64,000 bases of DNA from an uncultured Actinomycetota bacterium (GTDB lineage Bacteria; Actinomycetota; Actinomycetes; Streptomycetales; Catenulisporaceae): contig CAVQPP010000260.1 in the NCBI GenBank assembly GCA_963714445.1, forward strand, positions 9,115 to 73,114. The letters run 5' to 3'. Both the position numbers and the translations under genes were made by a program. Positions 18,639 to 27,754 of the stretch are shown in pieces (positions within the stretch are counted from its first letter, which is position 1; each line of letters begins with the position of its first letter). The notes under the pieces are model-generated. The model ran no database searches and was not told the origin of the DNA. It saw nothing but the letters and a program-made list of their open reading frames with translations.

Positions 18639-20209
18639 ATGCGAGTGACGGACACCGACGTGATCATCGTGGGCGCCGGCCGGCCGGCCTGATGCTGGCC
18701 GCCGAGCTGTGCCTGGCCGGCGTGCGGCCGCTGATACTGGAACGGCAGCCGCGACCGCGGGAGACCCCGAAGGCCAGCGGTTTCAACGGGCAGATCGTGG
18801 AACTGCTGCGCTACCGGGGCCTGCTGGGCCGGATCGAAGCGGCCAGCGGCCGTCCCGTCGGCGCGGCTCGCGGCGCCCCGTTTGGCGGCATGGAGCTGGA
18901 CTTCTCGCATCTGACCGATCCCCCGATACGGGTGGTGCATCTCCCCCAGCCGCGGCTCGAGCGCCTGCTCGGCGAGCACGCCGGCGAACTCGGCACCAGC
19001 ATCCGCCGCGGACACGAGGTAGTCGGCGTCAGCCAGGACAACGCTGCCGTGGCGGCGGCTGTGCGCTGCCCGGACGGGCCCTACCAGGTGACCGCCCGCT
19101 ACCTGGTGGGCTGCGACGGCGCGCACAGCAAGGTTCGCGACGGGGCCGGGATCCCGTTCCCTGGCACCACCTATCCAGAGGTCAACCGACTCGCCCAGGT
19201 CACCGTGCCCGGTTCGGTGACCCAGCTGGACAACGGCGACCTCGACGTCCCCGGGCTCGGCCGGATCCAACCGGGTTTCACCCGGACAGACCACGGCGTG
19301 TTCGCGTTCGGGCGGCTCGCCTCCGGGGCTCTGCTCATCCAGACGACCGAAGACGAGCCCGCAGGCGCCGACACGGACGCGCCGATGACCCTGGCCGAGT
19401 TCCGGGACAGCATCCGCCGCGTGCTCGGGGCGGACCTTCCCCTGGCAGAAGCGACCCGGCTGTCGCGCTACGGGCTTCAGGCGCGCCAGGCCGAGCGGTA
19501 CCGCGACGGACGGATCCTGCTGGCCGGCGACGCGGCTCATCAGTTCCCCGCCACGGGCATCGGCATCAACAATGGCATGCTCGACGCCGCCAACCTGGCC
19601 TGGAAGCTGGCCGCCGCCATCGGCGGCTGGACACCGGCCGGCCTGCTGGACACCTATCACCGCGAGCGCCACTTCGCCGGCGCGCGGGCATTGCTCCAGA
19701 CCCAGGCTCAGGTGGCACTCCGGCGCGGACAGGACCCAGCAGCCGAAGCTCTGCGGGAACTGTTCGCGGAGCTGCTCACCGACGAGCAGCCCTCGCGCCG
19801 CGTCGGGGCTCTCATCGCCGGCACCGACATCCGCTACCCGATGCCCGGCCCCGGCCAGCACGACCTGGCCGGCACCTTCGCCCCCGACCTCACCCTGCAC
19901 ACCAGCCAGGGCACAACCAGCGTCGCGGAACTCATGCACACCGCACGACCGGTATTCCTCGACCTCGCCGACCGCCTAGACCTCCGTGAGACCGCCCAGG
20001 ACTGGCGGCACCGCGTCGACATCCACACCGCCCGCACCGATCACCCGCCGGCCGACGCCGTCCTGATCCGCCCGGACGCATGCATCGCCTGGGCCGCGGC
20101 CACCGGCGAACCCGCCGGCACCGCCGAGCCCGCGCTGCGCGAAGCGCTCTCCGGCTGGCTCGGCGCCCCCCTGAAAACGACAGTGCCCGTCATCAACCGG
20201 ACCTCCTGA
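18639..20209 (+). CDS. FAD-dependent monooxygenase, Rox-related (1-bp frameshift near 18680)
   Basis: DVIIVGAG continues in another frame as PAGLMLA. YLVGCDG, LAGDAAH and DAANLAWKL motifs present. Confidence 0.8.
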
Positions 20210-20340
20210 CCTGACCGACCGAAAACGCCAGGAGCACGCAGCGTAGTGACCATGGACACTCATTAGTCACTCACTCCAGCCGCTTTACGCCCGCTGGCGT
20301 GCTACCAAGGACAGCTGCCCTTGAGGCTCGACTTTCGCGG

Positions 20341-21659
20341 TTATGCGGCGAGGTCTTCCCAGGCCAGGCGGATGGCGCCGATTTCTTCGAGTGTTGGCTG
20401 GTCAGGGCGAGATACCTTAAATCGGGCGGCGATAAGGACGCGGCGGAGCTTGGCGGCGATGTCGGCGGTCGAGGGCTGAGTTTCGAGGTGTACCAGGGAG
20501 CGCGGTTACGGCGGGTTTCGATGTCTGTGGGGTCGCAGCCGGCGGTGGCGTACCAGCAGGTAGTGATGGCCTGGCAGGCGAGCTGGAACGGGATGGTGCG
20601 CTCGACGGCGCGGGCGGTGCGGTTGCTGGCCTGGCCGGTGCCGAAGACCTGCTTTGCGTCTTCGATAGCGATCTCAATGCTCCACCTGGCGGCGTAGCGT
20701 TCGATGAACTGCGCGGCGGAGGCGGCGGCATCGGTGGTGACCAGGGCCAGGTCGTGGCCTGTCTTGGATTTGTCGCGGATGAGCACGACGGCGACCGGGC
20801 GGGTACCGAAGACCGAGTGCCACAGGCAGGTGATCACGGCGGCGTGAATGGTTGCGGTCTTGCCGTAGCGGGTGACGGTGACCGGCGCGAAGTTCGCGGT
20901 GGCGGCCAGTTTTGCCAGGGACGGGAGCCGGTCTCCCTTCTCCCGGGGCCGACCGCGCTTCCCGGTCCGGGCCGGCGGCAGCCCGTGCAAGGCGGCGTCC
21001 TTGCGCAGCCGGGTGGTCCAGGTCACGCGGGCGGGGAGCTTTTTCAGCTCGCCGCCGGCGTAGGCGGAATCGGCCACCACGTGGATGTCCTGGCCGGGCA
21101 GCGCGCCGGCGATCGCTGCGGCCATGCGGCGGGCCAGCCAGAGCCGGGACGCCGAGCTGGTGCCTTTGATGACCAGCTTGGCCAGCACCGGGATAGCCAC
21201 AGGCCTGCTGATCATGGGCAGCCGCACGACGACGGCCGCGATCACCCAGTTGTTGCCGTATCCGGTTTTCGCTGGTCCCGCCGCGGATCCGTCGTGGAAC
21301 CATGAGGCGGCCCAGACCTTCTTCCCGCGCCGCCGGAACAGGGTGTCATCGACCGCCACGGTGACCGGCGCCCCGGCAGGGACCAGCAATGCGGCCACCA
21401 GTTTCGCGACGGCCAGGCCCAGCTCGTCCGGGCTCCACCGGGCACCGGAGAAGAACCGGTGCGCGCGGTCATGGCTCCACGCCCGGGAAAGACCCGCGCC
21501 AGTCAGCATCCCGCATACCGTCCGCTTCCCGGCCTGCGCCGCGAATCCGCAGGCCAGCATGGTGAACGTGCGGAACGACGGAGCAGTGAACAACGGCGCG
21601 AAACCGGTCAGCAGAGTCATCAGCGACACTGGAACCTGCAGCGTGGCATCCGGGAGCAT
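20341..21659 (-). CDS. IS701/IS4-superfamily DDE transposase (frameshift near 20480)
   Basis: VAVDDT, VVADSAY, YAARWSIE. The shifted frame ends EIGAIRLAWEDLAA-stop just inside the inverted repeat. Confidence 0.8.
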
Positions 21660-21714
21660 CGGCGGGAACCCGTTTCATCGGCGTTGTTCGTCCCCGAGGG
21701 GCCAGGCCCCTGGC

Positions 21715-22641
21715 TCAGCGGCGCAGAGCGGTCTCCCGTTCCATATGCGACAGCTTCTCGGGATTGCGCACGGCGTACAGCCCGCTGATGAGGCCGTCGT
21801 TGACGCGCACTGCCATGACGGTGTCGATCTCACCGTTGAGCCGGATGATCAGCGCCGGGTAGCCGTTGACCTGTGCCGGCTGCAGCGACGCCGCGGCGGT
21901 GATCCTGCCCAGCACGCGGGCCACGCTGCCGGCCCCTGCGACGGGCGCCAGCGCGGCCTGCGCGACTCCGCCACCGTCACCCAGGAAGACGACATCCGGC
22001 GCGAGGATGTCGAGCAGGCGCTGCAGGTCGCCGGTTTCGACCGCCCGCTGGAACGCTTCGAGCGCGTCCCGGGTCTCGGCCGGGGAAACGACCCCGTGCG
22101 GTCGGCGGGCGGCGACGTGTGCCCGTGCCCGGTGGGCGATCTGGCGGACCGCGGCCGGGCTCTTGCCGACGGCCTCGGCGATCTCGTCATAGGTCACATC
22201 GAACACCTCGCGCAGCACGAACACCGCCCGCTCGGCCGGCGTGAGGGTCTCCAGCACCAGCAGCATCGCCATCGAGACGCTGTCGGCCAGCTCGGCATCC
22301 TCGGCCACGTCGGGCGTGGTCAGCAGCGGCTCGGGCAGCCAGGGGCCGACGTAGGATTCCTTGCGCCGGCGGAGCGTACGCAGCCGGCCCAGCGCCTGGC
22401 GGGTGGTGATCCGGACCAGGTACGCACGCTGATCCCGCACGGTGCCCAGATCGACGCCCGCCCACCGCAGCCAGGTCTCCTGCAGGACGTCTTCGGCGTC
22501 GGCGGCCGAGCCGAGCAGCTCGTAGGCGACGGTGAACAGCAGGTTGCGGTGGGCGACGAACCCCTCGGTGGCCGAGTCCATCCGGCCGCCATCAGCGAGC
22601 AGCCCGGCCATGTCCACTGCTGGCTCGTTGCATTCGCTCAT
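21715..22641 (-). CDS. ECF41/SigJ-like sigma factor
   Basis: DAEDVLQETW, YVGPWLPEP, DGGG and VRNPEKL motifs. Confidence 0.9.
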   Translation of the reverse strand: MSECNEPAVDMAGLLADGGRMDSATEGFVAHRNLLFTVAYELLGSAADAEDVLQETWLRWAGVDLGTVRDQRAYLVRITTRQALGRLRTLRRRKESYVGPWLPEPLLTTPDVAEDAELADSVSMAMLLVLETLTPAERAVFVLREVFDVTYDEIAEAVGKSPAAVRQIAHRARAHVAARRPHGVVSPAETRDALEAFQRAVETGDLQRLLDILAPDVVFLGDGGGVAQAALAPVAGAGSVARVLGRITAAASLQPAQVNGYPALIIRLNGEIDTVMAVRVNDGLISGLYAVRNPEKLSHMERETALRR

Positions 22642-22840
22642 AGCTGGCTCCTGCCTGTTGATCTCGACCTTGCCATACGCACAAGACGCCGGTACCCGCC
22701 GTCTTGTGACACCCGCGTCCGGTGGCCTACGTCACAGGGCCGCGCTGTCACAAGGATCGGGTCGCCGGCATCTCCATGGTCGTCAGGATGCCGCGCGAAC
22801 GATCCGCGCGGCACGCCAGTCCACGAGTGAGGACGAAGTC

Positions 22841-23323
22841 ATGGAACCCCGTTTCGACCTGTTCGCCAACGAGCTCGGCGCCAAGTTCAGCAAACGGTTC
22901 GCCAGCGTCAGCCTGGCGATCGAGCAGTCGCTGCCCAAGACCCTCCTAGAGCTGGTGAACCTGCGCGCCAGCCAGATCAACGGCTGCGGTTTCTGCGTCG
23001 ACTACCACACCAAGGAGGCCGCGGCCGCCGGGGAGACCGCGGTCCGGCTCAACCTGGTCGCCGCCTGGCGCGAGTCCACCGTGTTCACCGAGGCCGAGCG
23101 GGCCGCGCTGGCGCTCGCCGAAGAGGGCACCCGGCTCGCCGACGCCTACCAGGGTGTGTCCGACGAGACGTGGGCTCAGGTGCGCGAGTACTACGACGAC
23201 GATCAGATCGCCGCGCTGGTCTACCTGGTCGCCATGATCAACGCGGCCAACCGGCTCGGGGTGATCGTGCGCAACCAGGGGGGTTCCTACGAGCCGGGCA
23301 TGTTCACCAGCCTGACGAGCTGA
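22841..23323 (+). CDS. Carboxymuconolactone decarboxylase/AhpD-family protein
   Basis: LRASQINGCGFCVDYH. Divergent from the ECF41 sigma gene, a common pairing. Confidence 0.9.
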   Translation: MEPRFDLFANELGAKFSKRFASVSLAIEQSLPKTLLELVNLRASQINGCGFCVDYHTKEAAAAGETAVRLNLVAAWRESTVFTEAERAALALAEEGTRLADAYQGVSDETWAQVREYYDDDQIAALVYLVAMINAANRLGVIVRNQGGSYEPGMFTSLTS

Positions 23324-23980
23324 CCGGCAGGCGAATCCCGGGCCGGCCCAGGGATCATTCGATCCGGGCCGGGCCCGCGCATGTCCGGGCGCGGCTTCGG
23401 CGACCTGAACGCGTCGCCGAAACCTGCAACCTGGCAGGCCAGGCAATAACCACCAGCCGGGTGGCCGATCATGGTGGACCGCGTCTGATGCACGAAATCG
23501 GCAGTACCGGACGTTGCCCGAGCCAGCTAGCGCGATCGCGTACTGAGCCTTGCCACCGCGCAGGCCGCAGACGATGGGCGAGTGCTGAACCGCAGCTCTG
23601 GCGATCAGGCAAGCCCTTTCGCGATTGTCGGCCTTTGCAGCGACGCGAAATGCGGCATCAGATCCCGGTCGCTAGTCGGCGATCGATGCAAGAAGGTTCA
23701 AAGGCACCGCCGATGCTCCCTTATCTACCCGGCTTCCTGCCGTATCCCCAGATAACACCGCGTGTCATCCTTACCCGCTATCTGCCCGTCCGCCAGCACC
23801 CCCGAGTCAACCGCCGGGATCACCGGACAGGACCCAGAAAGTGCGAAAGTCGAGCTTGAGGAGAAACCGACAACTATCGCGGTCCCCGCCGAAGGGAGGA
23901 CCGCCATTCGACCGACAAGTACCCCGGTCTGCACCGACATCTTCGGTGAGCCCCTACACGGCTGTGACGGGAGGCCCGGG

Positions 23981-24035
23981 GTACCTGGCGTGGACCTTTG
24001 TTGTACCTGGCGTGCACCTGCGGTGTACCTGGGGG
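23981..24035. repeat. Five tandem 11-bp units (GNACCT core)
   Basis: gtacctggcgt ggacctttgtt gtacctggcgt gcacctgcggt gtacctggggg. Confidence 0.7.
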
Positions 24036-25010
24036 TGCGTTCCTGCTGGTCCCGGCCGCCGCACCGCGGTGGTCTGCTAACCGTTTCCCCTTCACGCGCG
24101 GCGCAGGCCTGGCGGGCTGGGGCGTCTGCGTCTTGCGCGTGGACGCGGTCCTGGGTCCTTGCCGGGGGACATCGCGCTGGTGGCCGGAGGTCCGAGGAGG
24201 GGCGGGCCTGCGCCGGGGCCACCCGCGCTGACGGGCCCTGGTCCGCGGAGGGCAGGCCGGAAGGCGTTGCCGTGTGCTTGCTTGGGAGCGCTGCCCGGCG
24301 GGCGCGCGCCGGGGCGCGGGTGGCGGCTCGACAGGCACCGCGAAGATGTGCCAGCCTACTGGACGGGCTTGCGGCCACGGGTCGGCTGGTTCCCGGCCAG
24401 CCCGCTCAGCCGGTTCGCGGCGGGACTGCCGCTGGCGGCGCTGACCGCCGCCAGTCGGGCTCGCGGGGCGGGGACCGGGGACGGTCCGCAGAACTGGCAG
24501 ACCGTTCAGCCGGGCCCGCGAACCTGCCGCTACTCCAGTCCGTTAGCTAATCCGTACTCCAATCCGTACTCCGTTTAAGGATGGAGTCCCCTGGCGGCGG
24601 CCAATGCGCAGGACGTGGCGAGGATAAACCTTCGGGTGGACTCCCAGACTTATATACGCGCACAGCTCGTAAAACAATCATCCATGGCGCGGCGGACACG
24701 TGTGCCGTACGTTAAATCGTGGCCTGCTGTCCGTGGCCCGGTATCCGCACAGTGACAGGTACTGCCGCCCAGCCGTGCCCGCAGGCACGTGCACGCCCGG
24801 CCCGCGAGGACGCGCGGCCAGGTGAGGACAGCCGTGCGGGGCGGCAGGCGGGCGGCGCGCGACGGCGCGGAAAAGGTGCGAGGGCGGACGGTAATTAAGC
24901 CCGCAGCGGTGAGTGACGGAATGCGCGGAAATTGGCGCGGGAATGCGTCAATCCGGGCGGGAAATGCGTTGACTTCCCCGGAAATGGCGAGATAGCGTCG
25001 TGGTGTTAGC

Positions 25011-25235
25011 AGGATCCTGGTCATCGTCTCCGACGGGAAATACAAGGGCACCCAGCACGCCGACGGGCAGAAACTCATCACCCGCCTGGCTGCCTCGGGC
25101 TGCCAGGTCATCTGGATCGCCCCGGACGGCACCGCGAACACGATGACCGGCACCCAGGTCGTCGTCCTGGCTGACCCCGCCGCGGCCAGTGCGGCCATCG
25201 GCGGCGCGGTCACAGCCCACGCCCGCACCACCTGA
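25011..25235 (+). pseudogene. C-terminal fragment of a vWA-like protein
   Basis: RILVIVSDG...QVIWI...VVVLADP-type segment with no start and an in-frame stop upstream. Confidence 0.45.
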
Positions 25236-25657
25236 CCCCGCAGGGCAGGCTGGCCCGGCCCCCGGCCCCCGTCCCCCGGGCCGGGGCCAGCCGGCCTTCC
25301 CTTTCACGAGCCTCCCGCGCCAAGACGGGGGCGATGCGCGCACCGGATCGCGGCACCGGATAAACGCCGCAGGAAAAAGAATGGGTGGCAAAAGCGAAAC
25401 TCGCGGCCCACGGCCCGGATGCAGCCGGCCGCCTGCCCGGAACCGCCGCCAAGTCGTGCGCGCGAGATGTCATACCAGGTGAAGACAGTGGGGCCACTGT
25501 GTTTCCCTGCCCGCCGCGTCCGGGGTGGGAAAGGTTACCGGGAATTGCTGCGGAGCCGCTTGACTTCACACTCGGCCCAGAGCAATCGTCCAGAAAACCG
25601 GCGCAGGAAAAAATACAAGGGAATCGCGCCGGAGAATAAAAGAACGGAGTCACCGCA

Positions 25658-26503
25658 ATGGCACGTAGCAAGACCCCCGCCCCCCGTGCGGCCCACAGCG
25701 CCACCGACACGGCGACGGACCCGGCCCCCGCGCCGGTTGCCCCAGCGGCGGGCGGCAGCCCCGCAGCGGCCGTCCTGGCCGCCCTGTCGGCCCACCCCGC
25801 CGGCGCGGCCGTCACGGTCATCGCCGCCCACGCCGGGATCAGCGTGCCCGCCGCCCGGCAGGCCCTGATCGCCCATGAGAAAGCCGGTGCGGCCACCCGC
25901 ATCAAGGGCGGGCGGCCCGGCATCCCCGACACCTGGACCCCCGCCGCCCCGCCCACCCAAGCCCAGCCCGCCCAGGCTCCGCCCGCCCCGGCCCCCGGCG
26001 CGGGCAGCACCGCCGGCAGCGGGCAGCCCGCGGACGCCGGCACCGGGCCGGGCCCGGACCCGGCTGCCGAGGCCGCTGCCAGCGTGCAGGCCCTCGCCCA
26101 GGCCGCCGGGACCGCCGGCAAGGCCCTAGCCGCCGGGGACCTGACCGCCGCCCTGACGGCCCTGGAGGCCGCGCGGGACCAGGCCACCGTGGGGCGGCGG
26201 GCCATCAAGGCCGCCGCCAGCGGCCAGCGTGCCCCGGCGGCCCGGCCCGGCGCGCTGCGCGAGCTGGTCGAAGCGCACCTGCGCAAGTTCCCCGGCACAG
26301 CGTTCACCCCGCACCAGGTCGGCAAGGTGCTGACCCGCTCGTCTGGTGCGGTCGCCAACGCCCTGGACAGGCTCGTCAGCCTCGGTACCGCGCAGATGGC
26401 CACCGACAAGCCGCGCAGCTACCAGCTCGCCCCCGCCGCCCCCGCACCGGACGCGTCCGGCGGCCCCGGGACCAGCGCGGACGCCACGCCCAGCGCCGCG
26501 TAA
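25658..26503 (+). CDS. Two-domain winged-HTH protein
   Basis: HTH-like N-terminus and C-terminal LRELVEAHL...FTPHQVGKVLTRSSGAVANALDRL. Confidence 0.7.
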   Translation: MARSKTPAPRAAHSATDTATDPAPAPVAPAAGGSPAAAVLAALSAHPAGAAVTVIAAHAGISVPAARQALIAHEKAGAATRIKGGRPGIPDTWTPAAPPTQAQPAQAPPAPAPGAGSTAGSGQPADAGTGPGPDPAAEAAASVQALAQAAGTAGKALAAGDLTAALTALEAARDQATVGRRAIKAAASGQRAPAARPGALRELVEAHLRKFPGTAFTPHQVGKVLTRSSGAVANALDRLVSLGTAQMATDKPRSYQLAPAAPAPDASGGPGTSADATPSAA

Positions 26504-26764
26504 CGCGCGGCACGCGGACGGCGCGTGGCCGGGACGGCAACGGATGCCGGCCCCGGCCACGCGCCGTCCGGCGTCCCCCGGCGCGCACGTGTAGCCCGCT
26601 CCCCTGCGGGAAGGCCGCCCCAGGTACCTCGGGCCTCCAGCATCAGCCGCCGCTGAGCCCGCCTGCGTGCGTCGTGTACATGAACCGCAAAGCCATTCCT
26701 GCGGCATGCGTGCGGGGTGTAGCATCCCGGTCACACCGGGACCATAAGGGCGTAGGGGCGGGTA

Positions 26765-27415
26765 ATGAGCGGGTCCAGGCCGGGCAGGAATGGCAACCGA
26801 TGGGTTCGTATCGACCGCCGGTATAACAACCCCTACCGGCTGACCAGCTACGCGTGGCGGGTGATCCTCAAGTGGGGCGCGCTGCTCATCGTCTGGGTCA
26901 CCTTCCTCGGTTCCCGCAATCTGTTCCTGGAAGTCATCGCCACGGCAGCCCTCATCGCTTACGCCGCGGTCCGGGTGCGCCGCTACCGGCAGGCCAGCCA
27001 GCCAGCAGGCCCTCAGGTGCGGGCGGCCATGGGAATGCAGGGCATTCCAGCGGGCGCCCCCACGATGCGTTTCAACCCTCCGCCAGGGTGGCCGCCCGCT
27101 CCAGCCGGATGGATGCCACCGTCTGGGTGGCAGCCTGATCCCTCCTGGCCGCCGGCTCCGGCCGGATGGCAGCTGTGGGTGCCAGGCACCCCAGCCCCGC
27201 TGGGGGAGCGCAACTCCAGGACCATCCCCCAGGACGTCAAGATCGCTGTCGCCGCACGAGACGGTGGCCGGTGCCGCCAGTGCGGATCGACACAGGATCT
27301 GCACTACGACCACGTGATCCCCTGGAGCAAGGGAGGCGCGAACACGGTCAGCAATATCCAGTTGCTGTGCGGGTACCACAACAGGCTCAAAGGCGCTGAT
27401 GACATCCCGGTATAG
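26765..27415 (+). CDS. Membrane-anchored HNH endonuclease with Pro/Trp linker
   Basis: Two hydrophobic segments, PPGWP repeats, and RDGGRCRQC...YDHVIPWSKGG...NIQLLCGYHN. Confidence 0.85.
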   Translation: MSGSRPGRNGNRWVRIDRRYNNPYRLTSYAWRVILKWGALLIVWVTFLGSRNLFLEVIATAALIAYAAVRVRRYRQASQPAGPQVRAAMGMQGIPAGAPTMRFNPPPGWPPAPAGWMPPSGWQPDPSWPPAPAGWQLWVPGTPAPLGERNSRTIPQDVKIAVAARDGGRCRQCGSTQDLHYDHVIPWSKGGANTVSNIQLLCGYHNRLKGADDIPV

Positions 27416-27754
27416 CCGCGGCGGCGTCACGGCAGGATGCCGGTCCCCAGAGACAGCAGAATGGCCTGCCGGCCAGCAGCGGCGACCGCCGGCAAGTTGA
27501 CCTCTGCGGGCCGCGTCCCGCTGGGATTTGCCGGTCTATGCCGCCTACCGGGGGCCAGGGAGCTCGGCGTTTTATGCCTTGCACCGATGAGCAGTCTTCC
27601 GCCCTCTAGAGGCGCAACCTCGGCCGGGCATGAGCGCCGGGCCGCGCCGTCCGAGGCATGTCCCCGCGCGGTTGGGACTCCGACCGCGGTGTGCTCCGAT
27701 GCGCTGCGTGTTGTGCCCGAACGCTACAAGCCGTCCGGGTGGATGATGATGGCC

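Larger units (their letters stand above)
20327..23854 (-). mobile_element. IS701-like element with two passenger genes
   Basis: 12-bp terminal inverted repeats CTCGACTTTCGC / GCGAAAGTCGAG and 7-bp direct repeat CTTGAGG at 20320-20326 and 23855-23861. Confidence 0.8.
6701..23958 (+). mobile_element. Complete Tn7-like transposon (tnsA, tnsB, tnsC, tniQ plus cargo)
   Basis: Left end TGTAGGGGTCCGCTGAAGATGTCGGT with four TGTCGG sites. Right end ACCGACATCTTCGGTGAGCCCCTACA with three CCGACA sites. 5-bp duplication CGGCT at 6696-6700 and 23959-23963. Confidence 0.92.

Noticed and set aside
12378-23958. CRISPR-associated transposon
   Set aside because: No cas gene or repeat-spacer array is visible in the element or the window.
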